From contig JBDUBV010000003.1 of the NCBI GenBank assembly GCA_040003795.1, forward strand, positions 1 to 42,429: a stretch of 42,429 nucleotides of DNA. Reading direction: 5' to 3'. The notes under the pieces were generated by a model that saw only the letters and a list, made by a program, of their open reading frames with translations, was not told the origin of the DNA and did not search any database. The stretch's first letter is position 1. Every line of letters starts with the position of its first letter. The DNA is from Pseudonocardiales bacterium. GTDB lineage: Bacteria; Actinomycetota; Actinomycetes; Mycobacteriales; QHCA01. Shown piece after piece: positions 28,713 through 38,112 of the stretch. Both the position numbers and the translations under genes were made by a program.

Positions 28713-30113
28713 TCACGCTCCGGAGCTTGAGGACCTGCCCCCGTCGCCGAGACTGATGCCCCGGATGGAGGCATCGAGAACCTCCGCGGTGTGTCGGAAA
28801 CCCAGCTGTGTCCCCCGGGAGCCATTGGCGTCATCGGCGCTCATTGCCGCGGCGACCTGCATCAGGCAACCGGGGTTGGCGGTGACGAGCCAGTTGGCGC
28901 CGGTGGCCGCGACGTTGGCCGCCTTGCGCTTGCCCAGCGCCTCTCCGGCGTCGGGCTGGAGCAGGTTGTAGACCCCCGCCGAGCCGCAGCAGATCTCGGC
29001 CTCGGGGATCTCCCGCAGTTGCAGCCCGGGGATCTCGCGGAGCAGTTGCCGCGGTTGGGACCGGATGCCCTGCGCGTGGGCCAGGTGGCAGGCGTCGTGG
29101 TAGGCGACGGTGATCTCGAGAGGGTGCCGGGTCGCGCGCGGCCCCATCTCGACGAGGAACTCCGCGAGGTCGCGGACCTTCCCGTCGAACGCCTGGGCCT
29201 TCGCCGCGTAGGCGGGGTCATCGCGCAGCAGGTGGGCGTACTCCTTCATCGACGAGCCGCAGCCGGCGGCGTTGACGACCACGGTGTCGACGCCGGCGGA
29301 GTCGAAGGTGTCGATGAGCCGGCGTGCGAAGGTCGCCGCCTCCTCCTCGCGCCCGTTGTGCACCGACAGCGCACCGCAGCAGCCCTGGCGCCGGGGGATC
29401 ACCACCTCGCAGCCCTCCGCCGCCAGCACCCGTGCGGTGGCGGCGTTGACGTGGCCGAAGAAGGCACTCTGCACGCAGCCGGTCAGCAACCCCACCACCG
29501 CCCGGCGCTCGCCCTGCGCCGGCACGCGTTCGGGCAGGCGCTCGGTGGCCGACAACGGGGGCGCTATCGACTCCATCACCCGCAAGCTCGACGGCAGCCG
29601 GCGCATGAGGCCACTGCGGGACAGCAGCCGGCTCGCTCCCGACCACTGGTAGAGCCGCAGCGGCCCGCGCAGGAGCCGCAACCGCCGGGGGTACGGGAAC
29701 AGCGCGAAGATCGACGCTCGCAGCAGGCGGTCCCGCAGCCGGCGCGGGTAGCGGCGCTCCACCTGGGAGCGGGTGGCCTCGATCAGCTTGTCGTACTGCA
29801 CACCCGACGGGCAGGCCGTCACGCAGGCCATGCACCCGAGGCAGCGATCCCAGTGCGTCACCATTGAGTCGCTGAGCGGCTCACCTTCCAGGCCCACCTG
29901 CATCAGGTAGATACGTCCCCGAGGGGAGTCCATCTCCTCACCCCACAGCGCGTACGTGGGGCACGACGGCAGGCAGAAGCCACAGTGCACGCAGTCATCG
30001 ACCAGCTCGGGATCGGGCGGGTGGAAGGCGTCGAAGGCTCCGTTCCGGCCGTCCCCGGCGTCGTCGGCGGTCGGCATGGTGACCTGTGGGCGGGACTCCT
30101 GCTCGTGTCTCAT
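28713..30113 (-). CDS. glcF: glycolate oxidase iron-sulfur subunit
   Basis: CVHCGFCLPSCP and CLGCMACVTACP 4Fe-4S motifs, two CCG domains, YHDACHL. Confidence 0.9.
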   Translation of the reverse strand: MRHEQESRPQVTMPTADDAGDGRNGAFDAFHPPDPELVDDCVHCGFCLPSCPTYALWGEEMDSPRGRIYLMQVGLEGEPLSDSMVTHWDRCLGCMACVTACPSGVQYDKLIEATRSQVERRYPRRLRDRLLRASIFALFPYPRRLRLLRGPLRLYQWSGASRLLSRSGLMRRLPSSLRVMESIAPPLSATERLPERVPAQGERRAVVGLLTGCVQSAFFGHVNAATARVLAAEGCEVVIPRRQGCCGALSVHNGREEEAATFARRLIDTFDSAGVDTVVVNAAGCGSSMKEYAHLLRDDPAYAAKAQAFDGKVRDLAEFLVEMGPRATRHPLEITVAYHDACHLAHAQGIRSQPRQLLREIPGLQLREIPEAEICCGSAGVYNLLQPDAGEALGKRKAANVAATGANWLVTANPGCLMQVAAAMSADDANGSRGTQLGFRHTAEVLDASIRGISLGDGGRSSSSGA

Positions 30114-30150
30114 GACTCCTCCGCGAAGGGAAGCGCGTCGTGGGAAGACA

Positions 30151-31338
30151 TCAGATTCCTCCCACGAAGCGGCCCGGGGCCATCCGGTGGTCCGGGTCCA
30201 GCTCGTCCTTTACCCTGCGCATCAGGGCCAGGCCGGCGACCGGGCCCCACGCGTCGACCGTCGCCCGCACGGTGGCCGGTGCACGCAGCAGGACCGCCGC
30301 GCCGCCGGCGTCGCGGCAGTGCGCGCGGGCGGCGACGACGAAGCGACCGGCCGCGGCGGGATGGGTGTGGGCAGGCAGCCCGGCAAAGAGCACCCCGACG
30401 CCCGCCGAGCCGCGCAGGTCCGGGGCCACGTCGGCCCTGGCCGCGGCCTGCGCCAGCCTGCGCAGCAGGCCCGGAACGGCCGCGATCTCGGCGGTGAGCT
30501 TGAGCGTGACGGGTCCGGGCAGCCGCGCCCACCAGGCCGGCGCCTGGTCACCCGACACGGCTCCCTGCCCGAGCAGTGCGCTCACGGTGGCAGAGCGGGC
30601 CCGCACGCCCGGAGCGACGCCCTCCAGCAGCACCGTGACAGTGATCGGGCCCTCCGGCGAGGGCCGCGAGATCTCCAGCGCCGAGGCCATGACCTGGGAA
30701 TCCAGCACAGCGGCGACTGCGGCGCCGGCCGCGGCCTCGTCGGCCAGGTCGGCGCTCACCCACTCCGCGGCCTCGGGCAGCGGGTGCAGGCGGAAGATGG
30801 CCTCGGTGATCACTCCCAGGGTCCCGAAGGCCCCCGCGTAGAGCTTGCCCAGGTCGTAACCCGCAACGTTTTTGACCACCTTGCCGCCGCTGCGCGTCAC
30901 CACGCCGTCGGCCCGCACCACGGTGATGCCGATGAGCAGGTCGCGGATGGTGCCGTAGAGCAGCCGAGAAGGGCCGGCCAGCGCAGTCGAGACGACACCG
31001 CCCACGGTAGAGCCTGGCACCACCTCATCGACGGCGAGCCGCTGCCCGGCCGGGGCCAACGCCGCTGCAAGATCACTTAGCCGGACACCGGGCTGCACCC
31101 GCACCACCAGGTCGCCAGCGACGTGCTCGATGACGGAGTCCATGGCCGACAGGTCAACAAGCAGGTCCACCCTCGACGGTGGGCACCCCCAGTCCAGCTT
31201 GGTTCTTGCTCCCGTGGCGACGACCGTCAGCCGATCGCGGGCCGCCGCTCGCAGCGCTGCCGCGACGCCGTCCTGGCCCGGGGGGCGCAGGACGCTTCCT
31301 GCCCGCACCCCGTCGACCAGGGCAGTCTCAGAAGGCAT
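30151..31338 (-). CDS. glcE: glycolate oxidase FAD-binding subunit
   Basis: STVGG, GGKVVKNVAGYDLGKL..G..GTLG, C-terminal K..LDP....PGR. Confidence 0.88.
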   Translation of the reverse strand: MPSETALVDGVRAGSVLRPPGQDGVAAALRAAARDRLTVVATGARTKLDWGCPPSRVDLLVDLSAMDSVIEHVAGDLVVRVQPGVRLSDLAAALAPAGQRLAVDEVVPGSTVGGVVSTALAGPSRLLYGTIRDLLIGITVVRADGVVTRSGGKVVKNVAGYDLGKLYAGAFGTLGVITEAIFRLHPLPEAAEWVSADLADEAAAGAAVAAVLDSQVMASALEISRPSPEGPITVTVLLEGVAPGVRARSATVSALLGQGAVSGDQAPAWWARLPGPVTLKLTAEIAAVPGLLRRLAQAAARADVAPDLRGSAGVGVLFAGLPAHTHPAAAGRFVVAARAHCRDAGGAAVLLRAPATVRATVDAWGPVAGLALMRRVKDELDPDHRMAPGRFVGGI

Positions 31339-32803
31339 CGGCCTGCCCTGCCCTGGTGAGCGGATGTGCCTCCTTGCGTCGCCCGGGCACCTCACCGCAC
31401 AGCCGCGGCGTCGGGAAGATCTTGCCGGGGTTGGACAGCCCGGCCGGGTCGAAGGCGCAACGCAGCATCTGCATCGTGTCGAGGTCGTCGTCAGTGAACA
31501 TCCGTGGCATGTACTTGGCCTTGTCCGACCCCACGCCGTGCTCGCCGGTGATCGAACCGCCGTACTCGATGCACAGGTCCAGAATCGCTCCCGACACCTC
31601 CTCGGCCTGCTCGCCCTGGCCCTCGACCGCGTCGTCGAAGAGCACGAGCGGGTGCAGGTTGCCGTCGCCGGCGTGAAAGACGTTGGCCACGCGCACGCCG
31701 CGCTCCCCGGACAGCGCGGCGATCCGTCGCAGCACCTCGGGCAGCGCCGTCCTGGGGATCACTCCGTCCTGCACGATGTAATCCGGGCTGATCCGTCCCA
31801 CTGCGGCGAAGGCGGACTTGCGGCCCTTCCAGAACAACGCCCGCTCGGCGGCGTCGGCGGCCACCCGGATCTCGAAGGCGCCGTGATCGCGGCAGTGCTG
31901 CTGCACGGCGGCGAAGGTGTGCTCGACCTCCGCGGCCGGCCCGTCGAGCTCCACGATCAGCACGGCCCCGGCTTCTGCCGGGTAGCCGCAGGCGACGGCG
32001 GCCTCTGCGGCCTCGATGGCCAGCGCGTCCATCATCTCCACCGCCGCCGGCACCACGCCCGCGCCGATGATCGCCGACACGGCGGCGCCCGCGTGGTCGG
32101 TCGAGGCAAAGCCGGCCAGCAGGGTCTGCACGGTCTCGGGCAGGCGCAGCAGCCGGAGCGTCACCCGCGTCGTGATACCCAACGTGCCCTCGGAGCCGAC
32201 GAAGGCGCCGAGCAGGTCGTACCCGGGGGGGTCGACCGCCTTGCCGCCCATCTGCACGATCTCCCCGTCCGGGGTGACCACTTCGCACCCGGTCACGTGG
32301 TTGACGGTGAAGCCGTACTTCAGGCAGTGGGCGCCGCCGGAGTTCTCCGCGACATTGCCGCCGATCGAGCACACCTGCTGGCTCGAGGGGTCGGGCGCGT
32401 AGTAGTAGCCGTGCGGGGTGGCTGCGCGGGTCACGTGCAGGTTGATCACGCCCGGATCGACGACAGCCCGCTGGTTGGCCACGTCGACCTCGTGGATTGC
32501 GCGCATCTGCGCGGTGACGATGAGCACGCCGTCGGCATGCGGCAGCGCGCCGCCGGACAGGCCGGTGCCCGACCCGCGGGCGACATACGGGACGCCCTCC
32601 TCGATGCACGCCCGTACGACCGCCTGGCCCTGTTCGGTGGTCCGCGGGAAGACCACGAGCGCCGGGGTGACGCGGAACTGCGCCAAGCCGTCGCACTCGT
32701 AGGTGCGCAACTGTTGACGGTCGGTCAGTACGGCGCCCGGGTCGAGCAGCGGGCGCAGCCGGTCGGCTAGTGCCTGCGCCGCCTGCGCCGCCTGCGCCGG
32801 CAT
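31328..32803 (-). CDS. glcD: glycolate oxidase subunit GlcD
   Basis: YECDG, RGSGTGLSGGA, PDPSSQ, GGNVAENSGGAHCLKYG, FHAGDGNLHP and SITGEHGVG motifs. Confidence 0.93.
   Translation of the reverse strand: MPAQAAQAAQALADRLRPLLDPGAVLTDRQQLRTYECDGLAQFRVTPALVVFPRTTEQGQAVVRACIEEGVPYVARGSGTGLSGGALPHADGVLIVTAQMRAIHEVDVANQRAVVDPGVINLHVTRAATPHGYYYAPDPSSQQVCSIGGNVAENSGGAHCLKYGFTVNHVTGCEVVTPDGEIVQMGGKAVDPPGYDLLGAFVGSEGTLGITTRVTLRLLRLPETVQTLLAGFASTDHAGAAVSAIIGAGVVPAAVEMMDALAIEAAEAAVACGYPAEAGAVLIVELDGPAAEVEHTFAAVQQHCRDHGAFEIRVAADAAERALFWKGRKSAFAAVGRISPDYIVQDGVIPRTALPEVLRRIAALSGERGVRVANVFHAGDGNLHPLVLFDDAVEGQGEQAEEVSGAILDLCIEYGGSITGEHGVGSDKAKYMPRMFTDDDLDTMQMLRCAFDPAGLSNPGKIFPTPRLCGEVPGRRKEAHPLTRAGQADAF
32772..32798. 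repeat. three perfect tandem copies of GCCTGCGCC at the glcD 5' end
   Basis: Encodes (AQA)3 on the minus strand, in frame. Confidence 0.8.
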
Positions 32804-34372
32804 CTACGGCATCCGGTCGTAGGCGGGCAGCGTGAGAAAGTCGGCGAAGTCGTCGGCCAGCGCCACCTCGGTGAACAGCTGACGGGCCTCGGCGTAGTCC
32901 TCGGGCTCGCCCAGCTTGTTCAGCTCCTCGACGATGATCCGGTTGACCAGGCCGCGGGTGACGGCCTGCCCGTCGGCCAGGGTCACGTCGTTGTGCACCC
33001 ACTGCCAGATCTGCGAACGGGAGATCTCGGCGGTCGCCGCATCCTCCATGAGGTTGAACACCGCGACGGCACCGGAGCCCTTGAGCCACGAGGCGAGGTA
33101 CTGCAGGGCGACGCTGACGTCGTTGCGCAACCCCTCCTCGGTCACCTCGCCCGGGGTCGAGGCGACGTCGAGGATCTGCTCGGCCGTCACGTGAACGTCG
33201 TCGCGCAGCCGGTCGAGCTGGTTGGGCCGGTCGGCGAGCACGCCGTCGAAGACCTCACGGCACAACGGGACCAGGTCGGGGTGGGCCACCCAGGACCCGT
33301 CGAAACCGTCACCGGCCTCACGTTGCTTGTCCTCCCGCACCTTGGCCATCGCCTTGTTGTTGACCTCGGCGTCCTTGCGGCTGGGGATGAAGGCCGCCAT
33401 ACCGCCGATGGCGTGCGCACCTCGCCGGTGGCAGGTGTTCACCAGCAACTCGGTGTAGGCCCGCATCATCGGCGCAGTCATGGTGACAGAGTTGCGGTCA
33501 GGGACGAGGAACTCCTTGCCCCGGGTACGGAAGACTTTGATCATCGAGAACAGGTAGTCCCAGCGGCCGGCGTTGAGGCCAGCGGAGTGATCGCGCAGCT
33601 CGTAGAGGATCTCCTCCATCTCGAAGGCCGCCGGGATCGTCTCGATGAGCACGGTCGCCCGGATGGTGCCCTGTGGGATGCCCAGGAGATCCTGCGCCTG
33701 CATGAAGACGTCTTTCCAGAGCCGGGCCTCCAGATGGCTCTCCATCTTGGGCAGATAGAAGTACGGTCCCTTGCCGGCATCGAGCTGGCGCCGCGCGCAG
33801 TGGAAGGCGTACAACCCGAAGTCGAACAGGCTGCCCGACATCGGCTCGCCGTCCACGAGCACGTGCTTCTCGGGCAGGTGCCAGCCACGGGGGCGTACGA
33901 CTATGGTCGCCAGCTCACCGGCCTCCTTGAGGGCGTAGGCCTTGCCCTCGGCACTGGTGAAGTCGATGCTGCGGTCCAGCGCGTCGCGCAGGTTGAGCTG
34001 GCCGCCCACCATGTTCTCCCACAGCGGGGTGTTGGCGTCCTCGAAGTCGGCGAGCCACACCTTGGCGCCGGAGTTCAGCGCGTTGATCGTCATCTTGGCG
34101 TCGGTCGGCCCCGTGATCTCCACCCGCCGATCGAGGAGGCCGGGGGCGGGGTCGGCCACCCTCCAGTCCCCGCGCCTGACGTCTTCGGTCTCGGGTTGGA
34201 AGTCCAGCGTGCCGCCCGCGGAGATCTCGCGCTGACGGTCCTGCCGGGCGGCGAGCAACTGCATGCGACGGGACCCATGCCGCTGCTGCAGCGCCGCGAG
34301 GAATTCCAGGGCGGCTGAAGTAAGGATCTCCGCTGACCCGCGTACGGGCGGCCCGGCGACGTCGATCGACAT
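32804..34372 (-). CDS. aceB: malate synthase A
   Basis: [50 protein letters not shown] and [12 protein letters not shown] motifs; SD GGAGGT. Confidence 0.96.
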   Translation of the reverse strand: MSIDVAGPPVRGSAEILTSAALEFLAALQQRHGSRRMQLLAARQDRQREISAGGTLDFQPETEDVRRGDWRVADPAPGLLDRRVEITGPTDAKMTINALNSGAKVWLADFEDANTPLWENMVGGQLNLRDALDRSIDFTSAEGKAYALKEAGELATIVVRPRGWHLPEKHVLVDGEPMSGSLFDFGLYAFHCARRQLDAGKGPYFYLPKMESHLEARLWKDVFMQAQDLLGIPQGTIRATVLIETIPAAFEMEEILYELRDHSAGLNAGRWDYLFSMIKVFRTRGKEFLVPDRNSVTMTAPMMRAYTELLVNTCHRRGAHAIGGMAAFIPSRKDAEVNNKAMAKVREDKQREAGDGFDGSWVAHPDLVPLCREVFDGVLADRPNQLDRLRDDVHVTAEQILDVASTPGEVTEEGLRNDVSVALQYLASWLKGSGAVAVFNLMEDAATAEISRSQIWQWVHNDVTLADGQAVTRGLVNRIIVEELNKLGEPEDYAEARQLFTEVALADDFADFLTLPAYDRMP

Positions 34373-34446
34373 GGCACCTCCTGTTTGGGCTTGTGGTCCC
34401 AATACCCGCGTGCTTCACGGTAACCCCCGTGACACCATCGGAGGTG

Positions 34447-35871
34447 ATGACGCGTTCACTGGCAAGCTCACAGACCCCCGACGACTCCGTCGGCGACTCC
34501 TTCGCCGACGGCGACCAGCTGGACCTGGCCGACCGGCAGGCGTTGCGCCGGGTCGGGGGCCTGTCGACCGAGCTGGTCGACGTCTCGGAGGTCGAATACC
34601 GCCAGCTGCGCCTCGAGCGCGTCGTGCTCGTGGGCGTCTGGACGACCGGCACCCTCGCCGACGCGGAGAACTCCCTCACCGAGCTCAAGGCGCTGGCCGA
34701 GACGGCCGGCTCGCAGGTCCTCGACGGGGTGATCCAGCGTCGCGGCCGCCCCGACCCGGCGACCTACATCGGCTCGGGCAAGGCCAAGGAACTGCGCGAC
34801 ATCGTCTTGTCCGACGGCGCCGACACCGTGGTGTGCGACGGGGAGTTGTCCCCCGGCCAGCTGCGCCAGCTCGAGGACGTCGTCAAGGTCAAGGTTATCG
34901 ACCGCACCGCCCTGATCCTCGACATCTTCGCCCAGCACGCCCGCAGCCGCGAGGGCAAGGCGCAGGTGGAGCTTGCGCAACTGCAGTACATGCTGCCGAG
35001 GCTGCGCGGCTGGGGCGAGTCGATGTCCCGGCAGGCCGGCGGGCGGGTCGCCGGCGGTGGCGGCATCGGCACCCGCGGCCCGGGTGAGACCAAGATCGAG
35101 ACCGACCGGCGCCGCATCCGTACCAAGGTCGCCAAGTTGCGCAAGGACATCAAGGCGATGGCCGGCGGCCGGGCGGTGAAGCGCCAGGAGCGGGTCCGCA
35201 ACCAGGTGCCGGCGGTTGCGATCGCCGGCTACACCAACGCCGGCAAGTCCTCGCTGCTCAACCGCATCACCGACGCCGGGGTGCTGGTCGACGACGCGTT
35301 GTTCGCGACCTTGGACCCCTCGGTACGCCGTGCGGAGACCGCCGACGGCCGTGCCTACACCCTGGCCGACACCGTCGGCTTCGTCCGGCACCTGCCACAC
35401 CAGTTGATCGAGGCGTTCCGGTCCACCCTCGAGGAGGTTGCCGAGGCCGACCTGATCGTGCACGTTGTCGACGGGTCGCACCCCGACCCTGAGTCGCAGG
35501 TCAACGCAGTGCACGAGGTGCTCGGCGAGATCGAGGCCCAGCACGTCTCGGAGATGCTGGTGGTCAACAAGGTCGACGCGGCCGACCCGATCGTGCTCGA
35601 GCGGCTGCGCCGGGTGCTGCCGGATGCGATCTTCGTCTCGGCCCGCACTGGGGAGGGCATCGACAGTCTCCGTACGGCGATCGAGTGCGGTCTGCCCCGC
35701 CTGGCCATGGAGGTCGATGTACTCCTGCCCTATGCCCGCGGCGACCTGGTGTCTCGGGTGCACGACGACGGGGACGTGCTGGCCGAGGAGCACACGGAGC
35801 AGGGCACGCACCTGCAGGCCAGGGTCACGGCCGCGCTCGGTGCGCAGTTGGCGCCATTCACCGTAGCCTGA
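34447..35871 (+). CDS. hflX: GTPase HflX
   Basis: DRTALILDIFA, RGPGETKIETDRR, GYTNAGKSS, LFATLD, DTVGF and NKVD motifs. Confidence 0.97.
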   Translation: MTRSLASSQTPDDSVGDSFADGDQLDLADRQALRRVGGLSTELVDVSEVEYRQLRLERVVLVGVWTTGTLADAENSLTELKALAETAGSQVLDGVIQRRGRPDPATYIGSGKAKELRDIVLSDGADTVVCDGELSPGQLRQLEDVVKVKVIDRTALILDIFAQHARSREGKAQVELAQLQYMLPRLRGWGESMSRQAGGRVAGGGGIGTRGPGETKIETDRRRIRTKVAKLRKDIKAMAGGRAVKRQERVRNQVPAVAIAGYTNAGKSSLLNRITDAGVLVDDALFATLDPSVRRAETADGRAYTLADTVGFVRHLPHQLIEAFRSTLEEVAEADLIVHVVDGSHPDPESQVNAVHEVLGEIEAQHVSEMLVVNKVDAADPIVLERLRRVLPDAIFVSARTGEGIDSLRTAIECGLPRLAMEVDVLLPYARGDLVSRVHDDGDVLAEEHTEQGTHLQARVTAALGAQLAPFTVA

Positions 35872-35895
35872 CCCATCAGGGGGGCTGGCCCAGCC

Positions 35896-36582
35896 TCAAA
35901 GCTTGCGCAGCACGGTGACGACCCGCCCGAGAACCGTCGCGTCGTCGGCGAGGATGGGTTCGTACGCAGGGTTCTGCGGGAGCAGCCACACATGGCCCTC
36001 CCGGCGGCGCAAGGTCTTGACGGTCGCCTCACCGTCGATCATGGCTGCGACGATGGTGCCGTTCTCCGCTGTGGGCTGCTGCCGGACCACCACGAGGTCC
36101 CCGTCGGCTATGGCAGCGTCGATCATGGAGTCCCCGACCACGCGCAGGCAGAACAGCGTGCCTTCCCCGACCAGGTCACGTGGCAAGGGGAGCACGTCCT
36201 CGACCGCCTGCTCTGCCAGGATCGGTCCACCTGCGGCGATCCGGCCGACAACCGGCACGTAGGCCGGCATCGGGTGGGCGGCCCGGCGCTCTGCCTCGTC
36301 GATGTCATCAGGGCTATCGGGCAGCCGCACGTCGACGGCCCGTGGTCGGTTGGCGTCCCGGCGCAGGAAGCCCTTTGCCTGCAGCGCGCCGAGCTGGTGG
36401 GCGACGCTGCTGGTGCTGGTCAGCCCGACGGCCTCGCCGATCTCACGCACGCTGGGCGGATACCCCTGCTGGCGCATGTGGTCTCGAATGACCTCCAGGA
36501 TCCGGCGCTGTCGGGCGGTCAGGCCGGCTTCGTCGGGCGGGCCGTCGGGAATCTCGGTCACCGAGTCGCCGGTGCTCACCAC
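35896..36582 (-). CDS. lexA: SOS repressor LexA
   Basis: [20 protein letters not shown] cleavage site, GDSM, ATVK; SD GAGGAGG before the GTG. Confidence 0.97.
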   Translation of the reverse strand: MVSTGDSVTEIPDGPPDEAGLTARQRRILEVIRDHMRQQGYPPSVREIGEAVGLTSTSSVAHQLGALQAKGFLRRDANRPRAVDVRLPDSPDDIDEAERRAAHPMPAYVPVVGRIAAGGPILAEQAVEDVLPLPRDLVGEGTLFCLRVVGDSMIDAAIADGDLVVVRQQPTAENGTIVAAMIDGEATVKTLRRREGHVWLLPQNPAYEPILADDATVLGRVVTVLRKL

Positions 36583-36639
36583 GCCCTGCCTCCTCATCCC
36601 GGCCCGGTCTGCTGCCGAACCGCCGTCTGACTGCTCGTG

Positions 36640-36680
36640 ACCGTAGCCCGCCAACTCCCGTGATTCAAACAAATGTTCGA
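36640..36680 (-). promoter_or_regulatory. lexA promoter with SOS box overlapping the -35 element
   Basis: Minus strand TTGAAT-N17-TACGGT; SOS box TCGAAC-ATTT-GTTTGA at 36665-36680. Confidence 0.85.
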
Positions 36681-36705
36681 ACGACACGCCGCCGAGCCTG
36701 GAAAC

Positions 36706-36759
36706 TGTCATGCCGTCGTGCTACACATCGCACGTACGTTCGATCGCACATGCGTTCGA
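36706..36759 (+). promoter_or_regulatory. LysM-gene promoter: PafBC-like element followed by two abutting SOS boxes
   Basis: TGTCAT-N10-TACACA (degenerate), then TCGCAC-GTAC-GTTCGA (36728-36743) and TCGCAC-ATGC-GTTCGA (36744-36759). Confidence 0.75.
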
Positions 36760-36803
36760 TCGGTTCTCAGCAATACCGCGTCACGCGTCATCAGGAGGCA
36801 GCC

Positions 36804-37256
36804 ATGTCGATCACCGCGCTCGAGCGCCCGCAGACCCGCCCGGCCGGGCCGCCTGCCCGGCACCTGAGCCTCGTGCAGCCGGCGCCGATCCGGGCGCGGC
36901 TGCCGCGTCACGTCGACCAACGTGGGACACCTGAGCCCACCGGGAACCCCGAGGCATCCGCGCCGACACCGGCGCGGATCACCCGCCGGGGCCGGCTGGT
37001 GCTCTGCCTGGGCATCGTCACGGTGTTCAGCGCCGTGGCGTTGGTGGCTGCCTGGTCCGTGGCGGACCGTCCCCCGCCGCCGCGGCCCGCGGCCGCCATA
37101 GTGGTGGTGCAGTCCGGGGACACCCTGTGGGCCGTCGCCGCGCGCGCTGACCCGCAGGTCGACCCGCGGGTGACGGTCGACCGCATCGTCAAGCTCAACG
37201 GCCTGTCCGATGCCACCGTGCAGCCCGGGCAGCGCCTGCGCCTGCCCAGCCACTGA
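36804..37256 (+). CDS. membrane LysM protein, ChiZ/YneA-like SOS cell-division inhibitor
   Basis: ITRRGR, TM helix, VVQSGDTLW.VA...DPR...I..LN.L....QPGQRL; divergent from lexA. Confidence 0.85.
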   Translation: MSITALERPQTRPAGPPARHLSLVQPAPIRARLPRHVDQRGTPEPTGNPEASAPTPARITRRGRLVLCLGIVTVFSAVALVAAWSVADRPPPPRPAAAIVVVQSGDTLWAVAARADPQVDPRVTVDRIVKLNGLSDATVQPGQRLRLPSH

Positions 37257-37298
37257 GCCGTTAGCCGTGGCCCGCGGTGCGACACGCCGTCCACCCCC

Positions 37299-37346
37299 TT
37301 GCCATAGCTTGTGGTGCCGTCTAGCTTTGGACCCCACATCTTGTGA
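37299..37346 (+). promoter_or_regulatory. nrdRJ promoter with tandem NrdR boxes
   Basis: TTGCCA-N17-TAGCTT; boxes ttgcCAtAgcTTGTGg (37299-37314) and accCCAcAtcTTGTGa (37331-37346), 32 bp apart. Confidence 0.8.
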
Positions 37347-37361
37347 ATGACAAACATGTGA

Positions 37362-37424
37362 TTCTCCACAGGCGGTGCACAGCCAAAGCGGGCAGACGCA
37401 CATGTTGTCCCCATCTTTTGCACA
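37362..37424 (+). promoter_or_regulatory. cluster of DnaA-box-like 9-mers in the nrdR leader
   Basis: TTCTCCACA 37362, CGGTGCACA 37373, TTGTCCCCA 37405, TTTTGCACA 37416; two co-oriented pairs with 2-nt spacers. Confidence 0.45.
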
Positions 37425-37486
37425 GGTAGGCCCCAATCGGCGCGCCCTGCAGCCCACCGGCGGGCCGGGAAGAGGAGGAATCGGCC

Positions 37487-38026
37487 ATGCGTTGCCCGTA
37501 CTGCCGGTTCCCGGACTCGCGGGTCGTGGACTCCCGTGAGGTCGACGAGGGGCAGACCATCCGGCGCAGACGCTCCTGCCCCGAGTGCGCCAAGCGCTTC
37601 ACCACCGTCGAAGAGGCGACGCTGGCAGTGATCAAGCGCAGCGGGGTGACTGAGCCCTTCCGGCGCGACAAGGTGGCAGCCGGGGTCAGCAAGTCCTGCC
37701 AGGGCCGCCCGGTGGGTGCCGACGCGCTGGCGCTGCTGGCCCAGCAGGTGGAGGACGCCCTGCGGGCTACCGGCGCCGCCGAGGTGGACTCCGGCGATGT
37801 CGGCCTGGCCATTCTCGGCCCGCTCAGGGCGCTTGACGAGGTGGCCTACCTGCGGTTCGCATCGGTTTACCGGGGCTTCGACTCCCTGAGCGACTTCGAG
37901 GCCGAGATCGCCGGGCTCCGGGCGGCCCAGGGACACCGGCCCGGGGCGGGGCACACCGTCGACAAGCACGGCGACCCGCACGAGCCGGCACCGCCACCCG
38001 ACCGGGCGCGCGTCCCGACGCCGTAG
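37487..38026 (+). CDS. nrdR: transcriptional repressor NrdR
   Basis: MRCPYC, SRVVDSR, IRRRRSC..C.KRFTT.E, ATP cone, [10 protein letters not shown]. Confidence 0.98.
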   Translation: MRCPYCRFPDSRVVDSREVDEGQTIRRRRSCPECAKRFTTVEEATLAVIKRSGVTEPFRRDKVAAGVSKSCQGRPVGADALALLAQQVEDALRATGAAEVDSGDVGLAILGPLRALDEVAYLRFASVYRGFDSLSDFEAEIAGLRAAQGHRPGAGHTVDKHGDPHEPAPPPDRARVPTP

Positions 38027-38112
38027 CAGCTGGTTGCAGGTTGCAGCACCTTCCCCGGGCATGCGCCCGGGGCCCAGGACGTTGAATTCCAAGGATGGAA
38101 GGCAGGACGACG

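Noticed and set aside
38027-38112. Cobalamin riboswitch before nrdJ
   Set aside because: Only 86 nt with two simple hairpins and no B12 box.
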